Below, piece by piece: positions 1-12,751 of a DNA stretch of 64,000 nucleotides; position 1 is the stretch's first letter; every line of letters starts with the position of its first letter. Source of the DNA: Nemertoderma westbladi. Taxonomy: Eukaryota > Animalia > Xenacoelomorpha. The notes under the pieces are model-generated. The model was not told the DNA's origin. It did not search any database and saw only the letters and a list, made by a program, of their open reading frames with translations. Position numbers and translations under genes: made by a program. Where the stretch lies: positions 73,263-137,262 of the forward strand of contig JAUCBJ010007522.1 of assembly GCA_032718475.1 (NCBI GenBank), read 5' to 3'.

Positions 1-2742
1 AGGAGGCCGCACGCCGACAACAAGTCGCTGAGGAAGAAACGCAACGACAATTGGCGCAGATTGCGATGGAAGGAGAAAGACAGCGTAGAGACGATGTAGC
101 GAACTTTGCGAAACTCCAGGCTCAAGCCGAATTTGAAGCTTCAGAAATGCGGAGAATGGAGGAGGACTTAGCGCGAGAAGCAGCGGCAGCAGCTGGCGAG
201 TTAGCACGACAGGCGGCAGCTGACGTGTTAGCACGACAGGCAGCAGCTGACGAGTTACCACGATAGGCGGCAGCTGACGTGTTAGCACAACAGGCAGCAG
301 CCGACGAGTTAGCACGGAAGAAAGCAGCATCCGACGCTCGTGCCAAGTTGGAGGCGCGACAAATAAACGCTCGTTTAGCTATACAGGAAGCGGAGTTAGC
401 AGCACAACAACAGGAAGCAGATTGAGAGATGCAGCTCCAGTTCGAACAAAATCGCAGATCGCGCAAGGCGGCAAACGCGCAAGAGGACCTCGAACTCGAC
501 GCGAGAGATAGATCTATAAGGTCTCGAGCTGGACACGACTTGTCTGCCCTGGATTGCATGGAGATCGATCCCGCGGAATTCAGAAGCGAATCGAGGAAGG
601 AAGTTTGGGAGCGATAGATCGAGGAGAGGAGTTCGTCGAGGATTACTGTCAACGTTTTCCCCAAGTTATTCCTATGCTCAAACCCACGACTCCAGTAAAA
701 CCGGTTATGGTTGCAAAACCGAAGGAAATATCACCCGTGCAAGGTAATAGGTTTGTTATGTCGGACCCGAGCGACTTCATCGCCGATTCTCCCAGGTAAG
801 ATAAGTAGTCCACCTACTATAAGCCGTAGTTTACTGTAGAGAGAGACGAACCTGCGTTTATGACGGTAAAACAGGTGAGTAAACCATTACAAGTTAAACC
901 TGTGACGTGCTGCGCGAACCCAGTCATTTAAAAACCTACAGTAGACCTTAACTCTGATGTTTTTACTAGACTCCTTACGCAATGTTTATCGAGACCTACG
1001 ACTTCGTGGAAGGCTTGCGAGCCTACCGAACAACGGAGGAGGACGGATGTGTGTAGTACCCACAGGATCGAACCGAGTTCAACGAGACCTACGACTAGGT
1101 GGAAGGCTTGCGAGCCTGCCGAACAACGGAGAGCCGTAGATCCCAGACCACAACAAACTCGACCAAGAGTAATACACCGGACGCGAACCCGCCAACCACC
1201 TTATCCGGACGATAGCGACTCATCTAGCGACTCGGAGTCGACGGAACGGGAAATATTCCGTACTGGAGCAGCGGCTGATTACAAACGGGAGGAGAGATCA
1301 ACGAACCCATACATCTACAATCCACCACAAGAAACACCCCAACAGAAATCTACGTTGCAACCATTGGAAGCGATCAGCACCAACCGACTCGCCGAAATAA
1401 TACGACCTGTAACGGACCGACTAGCTCAGATAGAAGAGCGACTCGAAGCGCAACCGTCGGATCGATCATGAACCAGCGTGGAGTTAGAACAACCTAGACA
1501 ACATCGACCACCAAGGCTAGAACAGGAGACTAGACAGACTTTGAACCATCGAGAAGAAGATCCCATTAATATTTCCTACCGACGGACAAAGCGCGGAAGG
1601 GAACGACTGGACAACGCAACCGAACAGGGATGCGGACAGCTAGATTTGGTTAATGAGATTGCGAAATTCGCGGCTAGACACGGATTACCGGCACAACAAC
1701 CGCCGAAGTTCTCTGGCAACACGAAACACTGGCGTACACTGGTAGACTACGTAGAGTCCCAGATCGCTAAGTGTGCTTTCACCTCGACGGAGAAGTTTAA
1801 TTACTTGCTCCTAGTCCTGTCTGGTGAGCCGAAACAATTAGCAGAAACCTTTATTGGTGTTCCAGGTGCTTTCGAGTTGGCGTACGACTGTTTGTATTCG
1901 ATTTACGGCGGTAATGTCGCCATGGCAAAATCCATTATCGAAGACCTCTGCAGAGGAGGCAGCATTTCGAAACCGATCGACCTTCTACGACTCGCGGACG
2001 GAATCAAGAACGCTATAGGGACTTTACGGTCCATTGGACAACTCGAGTACGCTAATGCACCAACGGTTCTCATCAGGATAATCAGTCGACTTCATCATCG
2101 ACTACGACGAGAATGGCGACGCATCGAGTACCAGCGTGAAGAAGCCGGCGGGCTATTAAAACTCACCGACATCTACCAACTGATTTCACGGGAGGCCGTG
2201 ATCGAGACTCGATCAATTACACTGATCACCATATCGCGGCAGAAGGGATAGCTATTTCTGCGCCGACTCGGACAAAACCATTTCCGACGAACGCGAAAGC
2301 CGTTACCTACACCACCCCTACTGAGTCTTCTAAAATTCTGACGCCTATCGGCACCACGCAGCCACGACAACAGTTGCTGGCGGACTTTGTGGGATGCTCA
2401 TACTGCGAGCGGAACAGCAGAAACCAAAGCGGACATAAACTACGTGGATATCGCGCTTATAAGGAGTTAGGAATCGAAGAGAGAAGACTTCAAATTCGAT
2501 CTTTGGATTCTTGCTGGAGATGTACGAAGCCAGGACACGTCCGGAAGGATTGCCCGAGCGACGATACATGTCCTCTGTGTGGACGTAACCATGACGCGTT
2601 ACTTCACACTACCAGTCATACTCCGACCAGACGCTTTCGACGAGAGCATCCAGATAAAGCGGCTAGATGCGACGCGCTTTATAAGGAGCGTGCGCCGCGC
2701 GAGATCCGTACGTTTTATACGGACTGTATGGATCAATCATGA
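1..2742 (+). pseudogene. gag: BEL-A gag (coiled-coil N-terminus, DUF1759-like capsid region, three Cys/His knuckles), broken by stops and frameshifts
   Basis: ORF 1478-2251 has PPKFSGNTKHW...EKFNYLLLVLSGEPK. ORF 2374-2742 has CSYC..H, CWRCTKPGHVRKDC and CPLCGRNHDALLH. Ala/Glu/Gln-rich helical fragments with in-frame stops lie at 1-620. Confidence 0.88.
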
Positions 2743-3610
2743 TCATCGGACGAGGACGAGGAGGAAGACGACACTTTCTACGTGCATGCAGGTGAGGAAC
2801 AGCCATCGGTAACACTCCTCACACAGAACCAATTGAAAGGGTTTAGCGTGATTCCTATAAAGATTACCGGAACCCGAGGGTGCAAGCGTATATACGCTAT
2901 CTTAGACTCTGCGTCATCGCATAGTTATGTCGATGAACAAGTAGCCGATGTGGTTACGGACATGAGTCAAGGTAAGACAGCCCAGTATACTGTAAGCAGC
3001 ATGCATGGTAAGAGAGCGATCCCTGTGACGAGAGTAAAACTAACCTTAGACACTCTTCTTTCCAAAGCGGAACACAGCAAGGAGGAGCGCTCATTACTTC
3101 CGGTAAGAAATTTGACCTTTGCAGCTACAAAGGACTTTAGTAACTTGCTCGGCCCTGTGCCAGAGCAATCACCGGAAGATCGTAAGTATTTCTGACACCT
3201 TGGAATACTGGAATGTCCTGTTAACTATCGCTCAATCGCGATGTTGATTGGGACAGACCAGTTTAACTTACATCAGGTATGGGAGACACGCCCATCTGTT
3301 ATTATAGCGGGCAACCCCTACGCATGTAGAACTCTCATAGGTTGGTATGCTAGTGCACCAATACGTTCACTAGAGGTAAGTGACCAGGAGGACGACGTTT
3401 TGAGTACATGTAGTTTACTGACTAACACGATAGATAATTCTCCTTCACACTCCTGTGGTCCAATTGTACAGACTGCACTACGACAGACTTGCGTCGCTAA
3501 CGCAGACGCCACCGATACTGACGTAACTGATCTGGACACGACCACACGGACCTCTGACTTACAACTACTTGCAGTAAACCAGGTTGTATTGACTACTGAA
3601 GACCAAAGGG

Positions 3611-3861
3611 ACTCTCGCAGGACATTGGACCCCGGGACGGCTTAGATGTTAGAGGTCTGGCGGGTTTGTTGGGTACTGGCAGTGGCAGAGTGGCAGACTG
3701 GTGATGGGTACTGAACCAATTTGTATTGTTTGTATTGTTGCTAGGTAACAGTTTGAATCAGCTGATGGTGGGTTATATTTGTACTTGTTTTGGTGCATTT
3801 TTATATTCGAATTATTGTTTGTTAATATTATAATATATGGAGGCTTTTGAGTAAAAAAAAA
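3611..3861 (+). mobile_element. Short retroposed insertion (SINE or LINE 3' end or mRNA fragment) with A-tail and 16-bp TSD
   Basis: ACTGAAGACCAAAGGG occurs at 3595-3610 and 3862-3877. An A9 tail lies at 3853-3861. Removing the insert rejoins pol ...LTTEDQR|VVAVDD. Confidence 0.85.
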
Positions 3862-6080
3862 ACTGAAGACCAAAGGGTTGTTGCTGTGGATGATTCGATG
3901 AACGAGGGTTTTGGAAGGCTTGCGAGCCTACCGAAAAATCCGAAGGTCATTGACCCCACCCACCAGGTTTCGACACCGGTCGTTGATCTAGGAAGGCTTG
4001 CGAGCCTACCGACAGATCAAAAGGTTGTCAAACCGCCGCACGATGATTCGACGCCGACTAGTGACACCGGAAGGCTTGCGAGCCTACCAGACACATTGAC
4101 ACTAGCCACCGCAGCGGACGAAGACGTGGACGAGGACCATGGCGCAGTGCAAGCAGTGCTTGACCGACTGCTGACTGAATGGACCATTCAATGGTTGGAA
4201 CAGGACTCAGCAGAACCCGGTAGTTATGAGACCGCTATGTCAGAACAGGAAAAACGGTCATTAAATATTATGAGAGATACCATTCGCCAGACCGCGAATG
4301 GCCACTACGAGGTTGGCATGTTGTGGCGCAATGGACAACCTAAGCTCGTTAACAATTACCCGCTTGCTTTGAGGCGACTCAAATCAATAAGGCAGCGATT
4401 GTTGCGAGATGAGACGGCCCATATGCAATACAATGCGCAACTTCAGACGTATCTCCAAAAGGGATACGCCATTAGGATGTTAAATCCCGAGGTGACTACA
4501 GATCAAACATATTACCTGCCACATCATTTTGTTTGACACCTGGACAAACCTGGCAAGGTGCGTGTAGTCAACGACTGCGCCGCACTTTACCAAGGAATGT
4601 CTATGAACAGCGAACTGATGGACGGGCCGAATATGAATAATTACCTCATGGGAGTCCTAATGCATTTTAGACAAAGCAAAGTGGCTTTCACCTGTGACGT
4701 AGAGGCCATGTTTCACCAGGTTAAGGCTTTGGAGTGGGACAGGGACAGCTTGAGGTTTCTTTGGTATCCGGACGGAAACTTAGAACTTCCACCAGAAACA
4801 TACCAAATGCAGGTAAGAGTTTTCGGAGCCAGGGACAGCCCCAACTGCACCATGTACTCCTTAAAGCAGACCGCATTGGACAGACGAGACCAATTTGACC
4901 CAGAAGTAGTTCGGACAGTGGAACGAGATTTCTACATGGATGACGGCCTCAAGAGTTGTGACACTTTGGAGCGCGCTACGACTGTAGCACACCAACTCCA
5001 GGATTGTCTCGCTGAGGGCGGATTCCACCTTACGAAGTTCGCTTCCAATGAACCCGAACTGGTGAACTCATTTGACCCGACGGATCGCAGTGGAGGTGAC
5101 TTGGACTTAGACCTAGAACCTCTACCGACGACCAAAGTATTAGGACTTAGTTGGGACCCTAACACCGACAATTTTAGGGTACGTGTAAGGTCCAACGACC
5201 AGACTAGACCTCTCACTAAGAGGACTTGCTTATCGACCATGAGTCGATTGTACCACCCATTGTGTTTCATTAGTCCAGTGATCCTACATGCTAGGATCAT
5301 ACTCCGCAGCATTTGGCAAGCCGGACTGGAATGGGACGATCCCATCCCAGAAAAGTTAGCTGAGCAATGGAGGGACTGGGAAGCCCAACTGACGTTCCTA
5401 CAAGACTAAACTATACCAAGGGTATACTTTCCTTTGCAGACCACCTTTCCTGCCGATTTAGAGCTTCACAGCTTTAGTGACGCTAGCAAGGATGGATTGG
5501 GGGTTACTTTATACCTTAGACGACAAGTGACATTGGACAGCTACGAAGTGTCTCTCGTTACTTCAAGGGCTAGAACAATGCCATTGAAGTATATGACTGT
5601 ACCTCGTGGAGAGCTGCAAGCCGGGACGATATCCACCGATATTGTCAGTCTAGTTCAACGCGAGCTGGAGGCTAACTTGAAGGTCACATATAGGACGGAT
5701 GCGACGTTGGTACTTTGGTACATAAACAACGAAGCGTTTGAGTTCAAGACTTTCGTAGCCAACAGACAGGCTGAAATATTAGACCGGTCGCTCAAACAAG
5801 ATTGGCGTCACTGTCCAGGGAAGCTGAACCCAGGTGACATCGCGTCACGGGGGATGAAACCGCTTGACTTTTGTAAACCAGACAATAAATCCTTTTGGTT
5901 TAGAGGACCCAATTTCCTACAGCGACCATCAGACGAATGGCCACCGTTATTCGATGCGACAACCAATACCATACCAGAGGGTGCCGAGATAAAAATCGAC
6001 AAGGTTGTCAAATCTAAAGCGAAAGCCAACGCCAAGGTCAAGAGGAAACAAGGACGGACGAAATCTGATGACCTGGACAC

Positions 6081-6476
6081 TAGACCTGACATTACGCCAG
6101 ACATCTCACCAGAATCTCGACCAGACACTTGTACAAATCTTTCACCGTATGTTCCGCGGGAGATTTCACCAGACGTTTCGCCAGATTGTTCTCCAGATTA
6201 CTCGCCAGATTATTCACCAGATTGTTCTCCGGATTGTTCACCAGATTGTTTTATGGAACTCTCGACAGATTGTCTACCGGACGTCTCACCAGACTTTCCA
6301 CCAGACATCTCGACAGACTGTCCACCAGACTTTAGACCAGACTTTCTGACAGAAACTACGCTTGACTCTCTTTGGGACCGACGACAGGACATTTCGCCGG
6401 ATTTTCCGCGCTATGTCTCACCAGACGTCTCACCAGACTGTTCACCGGACGTTTCACCAGACTGTCTACTAGACAC
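6081..6476 (+). repeat. Degenerate in-frame 12-bp minisatellite (CACCAGAYRTYT-like; SPDx peptide) in the RNase H-integrase linker of BEL-A
   Basis: Repeated CCAGAC/CCAGAT at 12-bp spacing; the translation reads SPDVSPDCSPDYSPDY. Confidence 0.85.
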
Positions 6477-8305
6477 TCCAGTAGAAGACCCATTGGAGCG
6501 GACTTTTAGAGACTTACCAAATTTGACTTCTTTGGACGACAGAGGTGTGGCCACAGCTATCACACTCCGCTCAAAGAAAGTACTTGACTTACCACCTACA
6601 GGTAAACGTGTAACTAAGGTTAGGAAGCTTACAGGCTCACAGGAACACACTAACACTGTAGAGTTGAAACCGTTACTGCCAGTCGACTCACTAGAAGCGG
6701 AAAGTTAAGACCGTAAAGATTGACATACTTGGGGACTCAGACAAACCTACCGGAAGGCCCGTGGGCCTACCAAGTCCAGACAAGTATCCACACTATAACT
6801 ATACCTTACCTGATGACGTCACTAACACTTACGTTGACCGGATAGTAAACCTAACTAGATCATGGACTGACGCGTGCCGCAAGTTAGCATGGCTCAAACG
6901 TTTGAGACAATATGCCAGAGGCAAACGCGACTTTCCTAGAAGACTTACCTTAAAGGAAGTTGGTCATTGTGAAGTTGATATCATTCGCCATTATCAATTG
7001 CGATATTTCGCACGAGAATTCACAGCGATCAACCAAGGTAAACAGATCAAGTCTTCACCAATTTTGAGTTGGAGTCCGATTATTTATCGGGGCTTACTTT
7101 GTCACAAGTCCAGACTCCAAAACATCGACTTTGCACTTGACTTTAGGTATCCTATCACCATACCGCAACACCACGAGTTACAGCGCGCTATGATACTGGA
7201 CGCACATGTACAACTCAAACACGTGGGTAGACATCACTGCCTATCACATTTACGATCGAGGTTTGTACTGATTAGGCCTAGCAAGGCACTGAGTTCGGTA
7301 ACACGGAACTGTATGATTTGTAAGAAGGTGCACGCGCAGATAGGACACCAAGAAATGAGTGAACTACCACTTGCAAGATTACAGGCATTTAGACCCCCTT
7401 TCACTGAGACGGGGATAGACTGTTTTGGACCCATAATCGCGAAACGCGGAAGGGTACAAGTAAAACGTTGGGGATTAATTTTCACTTGCATGGCCAGCAG
7501 AGCTGTCCATATAGAGCGTGTGACAGATTTAACCACCAATGCCTTTATCCTAGCCTTACGGCAATTTATCACTAGACGTGGATTGGTCAAATCCATTTAT
7601 TGCGACCAAGGGACAAACTTTGTGGGTGCACGGAACGAAATAACCAGAGCTTTAAGGAAGTTGGACCAAAACCAGATTTCCGAGGAACTACGTCCTCACC
7701 GTATTGTTTTGAACTTTAACACTTCAGACAGTCTGTGGAGAGGCGGCATTTGGGAAAGGCTGATTAGGCTCAATTAAGACAGCTATGGCTAAAGTAATAC
7801 CGACGCAACACATCTTGACAGACGACCAACTGACGACGTTACTAATAGAAATCGAAGCGATTTTGAACACTCGACCGATCGCTTTGATCCCAGACAATAA
7901 CGACGCACAGTTTGCCTTGACACCAGCGCACCTGCTTATGCAGGCGCCGACGACATTGTTGCCCATTTCGGTACCCGTTAATAGCGACAGATACGGCAAC
8001 AAAGCTTGGAAAATCACTCAACTGCTTGCAAATAAATTCTGGGAAATATGGCAGAAGTATTATTTGCCCTCTATTTCAACCAGAACCTCTTGGTATCTTA
8101 ATACCCAATGTTTGAGACGCGGAGACCACGTTTTATTGGCTGAAGCCAATCTGAAAAGACGGTTTTGGCTGACCGGAGTCATTTTGACCACGCACCCTAC
8201 ATCTGGTGTAGTAAGGACAGTTACTGTATGGACTATCGACGGACGTACCGTAGACAGGCCTGTACAACGTCTCGTACTCCTTGAGGAGACTAGAAACGAG
8301 ACAGG

Positions 8306-9455
8306 TCTTCGCGCTTTTAGACTTTTAGCAGTTTAACCTGCCAAATTTAGGTGTCTTCTAGGTTATAAATCGACTTTAGCCTATGACTAGTATTTGATAC
8401 ACATAAACACTACATTAGCCGAAGCCAGCCTATGCGCGACCATTCACCCACTGGATTTACCCGGGAGACTGGATTCGGAAGCTCTGACCTTATTGCGGTG
8501 TAGGCCTACTGTACTATTCGATTGATCGTTAATATATAATCTCTGACAAATATTATTCACTTTCGGGAAATACTAACAGTTCCTTTAGGACGTGGCGCTC
8601 TAAATATGTAAACAGAGTTATGACTTACACTAAACACAACGGGATGGCTATTGATTTACGTATAAGGCGCATTCTTTAGGAAATGCTTGTTATCTGTCAC
8701 ACTCATGCACACTAACGCACAATGCTGCACACCGATCTGCCGACCTTCACAAATTTTAGTCATATATAAAGAGAACAGCAACCGACACATGTAGGGCCTA
8801 TGAAATAGCATTCATTTCACTCCAAAACCACTATAATGTAAGTCGCAATTGCTATATGTAACCGGTCTCTCTAACCTTCAGTATATCAAGAAGATTGGGG
8901 TTGTTTTATGGTGATTTATCGATATTCTCCAAATATAACAATATTCCATCAACTGATACAATTAATAACCGACAGTAAATAGCAGTAGAATAATGCGTCA
9001 TGCATATGTATGCACTGATAACAGTTATACGTTTCTATAATCAAAGCCGTTCTAATGTTTGGCTAAAGTCTGAAACACAGAATAATTCCATGGCCGGTGT
9101 TCTAGGCTTAGGAAAAATACACACTGACTGAATTGCGTGAGTTTCTGTATGCACTGTCCAACACAGAGGGAAAACCGCTCTGATGGTCGAGCCGAACAAA
9201 GAAAGCCAAAAGCTACACGTCGACATCTCAGCTGATAGATGTCGTCATCTGAAATACACTGTATTAAGAGTATTTTTGGTGCATTGCGGCATAAAATTGC
9301 TAGTTATGTCCGCTAAAGTACACATACAGAAGAAATGGCTTTTTATGTCCACTAAAACACCTGTACAGTAAGGAAACGGCTTTTTATGTCCACTAAAACA
9401 CCTACAGAGTACTTTGCGGGGAAAATAACCAGCTAATTCCGCAAAAGCCTTTACA
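8306..9455 (-). repeat. BEL-B 3' LTR (1150 bp)
   Basis: Direct repeat of 19336-20480. Begins TGTAAAGG on the minus strand and is preceded by the PPT-like GGGAGCAG (plus 9456-9463). Confidence 0.95.
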
Positions 9456-9533
9456 CTGCTCCCAGAAAATGGGATTTAATTCTATAAAATATAAAAAATC
9501 ACAGTTTCTAAAATATAAAAATACTCTAAACAG

Positions 9534-11049
9534 TTAGTCTTTCTTGCGAGGACGGCGTTTACGCAGTTTTTTGAGGCTAGCAAGAGTCCTTTTCTCTTTG
9601 GGGCGAGCCACTTTACTAGGAGGGCCATAACTCCTGGGTGAAGGATGCAATACAATTGCATCGGAAGGTTTAGGATTACGGTCGGTGTATCCGCCGGTTG
9701 AGGTACCCGGTTGATCGACCTCAGTGGAATGAGGTCGAACAACCTGGAGAGCGCATTTTAAGACAGCAGCTCTTATTGGTCCCTGACGGGTCGTTTGCAC
9801 AAAAGCTGTAGGTGGACCGTATGTAGTAAGAAATTTCCTCGGTTTGATGATTCCTTTCAACTCGCGTTCTCGGGCTCTATCGTAATCGATATGCTTCTCC
9901 TCGAGCTGATTTTCCTCCGCTTGTCATTGAAAGCATTCGTCCAACGATATCTTCTTAGAGATTCCGGATTTCCTGATTGAACTGAGATAAAGCTAATTCG
10001 TTTACCGCTTGGACTTGCTGCTGCAATTTACATTTCTCTAAACAATTATAGGTTCCTTTTCCGATATTTTGACGAATAGTGTCCAATGCGTTTCGTACAA
10101 CTCTCTCCTCCGCCTCGGTGACAGGTTGTATCGGGTTAAACCGGGACGATGATACGGTTGAATGGTGATATTAGATGTCCGTGTCTCAATCCGGCTAGGT
10201 AAGATGGGCGAATATCTAGGGAGCCCACAACCGGAGTGCCACCGACTAACCGTTTGGGTAACACTAGATCTTTGAACAGTGAGTACAGTTCGGGAGGATC
10301 CGTGATACTATTAGGATCAAGAGTCTGAGGTCTAACTAGGGAATGAGGAGGTCTGACCGAGTATTCCGGAACTCTGATCATAGGTTTATTTAAGGATCGT
10401 TTGAATCGAACGAGCGTAGGTGATACATTGAACAAGTTTCGCTCGAAACTCCCGTAAATATAGCGAGTAAAACCGTGTTTAAAGCAACGTCTCCGAGGAT
10501 GTTTATGTCTTTCCATTTGTTGGTTGGGTCTTGGGCATTCATCGCAATAATACCAAAGACGCACGTCTTGTAGGGGAAACGCGGGTGATATTTATTCGGT
10601 TTTACAATGTTTCTCTCAAAAATTCCAAATATACATTGGAGTTACCGCGTCTATCCGGTTCTTTAACGTCTTTTTTTTTCAAGTCGATTTCGAATAGAAT
10701 TTTCGCATTCGATTCTCAATTTATCGTTCCGACTCCGCTGGGTATGATATTTAAATAGGACCATTTCCCTTTCGGTGTCGACATCGTCCGTATCGTGTAA
10801 ATCGATAGGATGGCCAGTAGTTAAGAAGTCCATATACGTACCATTACGATGCGTATAGCGAGCGATGAATTTTCTATAGTCCAATTCACGCGTAAGTTGC
10901 TCCTGGGACATCGGCGGTTCGATATAACGACCATCGTCCTCCGTAGTAGTTGGACTAGCGTCGCCGCGTATCAAGCTATCAACAAACGCTTGTAAAGGTA
11001 GAGTATATCGCTCCCTGATACCAAGATCATCTTCTATCAACTCAGTCAT
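9534..11049 (-). pseudogene. BEL-B accessory ORF region of unknown function in the env position (ORFs 11049-10663, 10564-10136, 9860-9534)
   Basis: Same strand as gag-pol, between IN and the 3' LTR. The N-terminus MTELIEDDLGIRERY...RYIEPPMSQEQLTRELDY matches BEL-C 50957 onward. No signal peptide or TM segment is visible. Confidence 0.7.
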
Positions 11050-11085
11050 AGCTGCAATATGAGTTTATCAATATCATAATGAGTT

Positions 11086-11308
11086 TATAATTAGGCTAGC
11101 GGGCGTCGCTTCCTACCCCTCACGGCCCCCGGACAGTGCAAGATCCTCAGCGCCGATGTACCGTCGTCGCTGTGTTCTTCGCCAACGTGTAGCTACACAA
11201 CGACAACGACAACCAGCACGAGTCACTCCACTGTCCGTCCCAAAGGCTTAGATTTACTTCAGGTTCTTACTGCAGAGTTAGGGTTACTTTCACAATTGCG
11301 ACTCGCTA
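11086..11308 (-). ncRNA. Putative structured RNA module upstream of the BEL-B accessory ORF
   Basis: Long imperfect hairpin (GGACAGTG/CACTGTCC; TGTCGTTGTGT/ACACAGCGACG) plus a 3' hairpin. The 11086-11256 part is highly similar to Gypsy 44178-44353. Confidence 0.65.
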
Positions 11309-12751
11309 CTGTAAACACACTTTAGTAGTAACATTCACCTATAAACGCACAAATTCCACACAACTGTCACAAACCGCACACATTTGGGCCATTTGTCCGT
11401 TAGTCAAGTGCCTTCCAGAATGCCACGTTATTATTGGGTATCCTTGGATACTAGCAGTGTGCTATTTATTCCTTATGCTATTCAATGGGGCAAGCCTTTA
11501 TTGTTCTTTTAACTCGCTTCTAATTCTAGCGTGGTTGTTGCTATGGTGACATTATGGAAAGCTAGCGGTAGAAATAGGGTAATTCCCATGCATACAGATC
11601 TGGGATGCTATTTAATAGTAATTCTTTAATTGTCAATATCCCCTTTATACATGATTTTATGAATTTTATCGGCTATTGACTATATATTGGAGATTCTCTC
11701 ACACTAATATACTTAATAGGGTGAATCTCCGCTCCCATGATCTATTAATTAATGGAATTTTGGGAATGTTATAAATTGTATAAAAATGACAATTTATCAA
11801 ATTCATTAAAAGATATGAATTTAAATTTATTCCCGTAAATTTTATTATTTAATATTAAATAGACACAATTTTATTCCAGAGCATGTCTGGGGACTAGGAT
11901 CGTGAATTCTAAGAAATTTGTCCTTTTAAGAGTATCGGTAAGTGCTACGATATCTTAATAGACTAGAATTTTAAAGGATCTAAAATTTCACAGATTTTAA
12001 TTTATAGATTTTCTAGAGTTAACGTGTAAATAGTTACTCTATTGTATTTATTTGACAGATTTTACAAATATTAATAGTTAATATTTAAGATGGGCACCAG
12101 TTTGTTCCAGAACATGTCTGGGGACGTTAACCACTGATTCTAGAATTTTGTCTTTCAAGTATATCGGTGGGTGCCGCGATATCTTAATCGACTAGAATTA
12201 CAGATGGTCAAAGGGTTTAACAGATTTATTTTGCGTTTTAAGCTACTGTTAAAGGGACATCACGCTACTATATGTATTATTTAATATACGGTATGAGAGC
12301 AATATCGCACAAAGCAATGTCAGTGAGAAGAGGCAAGTCATTTCCAAGGTCTACCCAGAGCTTGGTTTAGCCGAGACACGAGGATCTGAATTTTGCATTC
12401 CTAATACTCTACTTACCCATAATACTTGAATATAGTAGGAGCTTTATTGTACTTTAATAAGTACGGACATTTCATCTTACTGTAGTCACATATTTATAAT
12501 GTAATACGGACAGTAAGGAAAGAGAAAAAGAATTATTTCTCGCCGTCGCACTAAATATATAATATATAAGTAATTAAGTAATAAACACTAATATATATTG
12601 CACTAATTTACTAAATAATCACTAAAATAACATTCTACTAAATAAAATTAAAGAAAACGATTATAATAAAATTACATAATAATACATACATAAATATAAA
12701 AATAATAAAAATATATGAAATAATATAGTCACACACCCACTCCAAACGCTG

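Larger units (their letters stand above)
2782..8305 (+). pseudogene. pol: BEL-A pol: aspartic protease, reverse transcriptase, RNase H, integrase (fragmented)
   Basis: PR: ILDSASSHSYV. RT: YLPHH, DVEAMFHQV, FGARDSP, FYMDD. RNase H: LHSFSDAS, VPRGEL, WRHCPGKLNPGD. IN: H..H/CMIC, GIDCFGP, CDQGTNFVGA, GGIWERLI. Several internal stops. Confidence 0.93.

Noticed and set aside
122-8017. Antisense and alternate-frame ORFs overlapping gag/pol (also within BEL-B, BEL-C and the LINEs)
   Set aside because: They are shadow ORFs of coding or low-complexity sequence with no motifs and no conservation between elements.
9183-9371. Duplicated 61-62-aa ORF (also 20211-20396)
   Set aside because: It lies inside the LTRs, so duplication is expected, and it has no protein features.
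9534-11049. Calling the accessory ORF env
   Set aside because: No signal peptide, TM anchor or Cys-rich glycoprotein pattern is visible.
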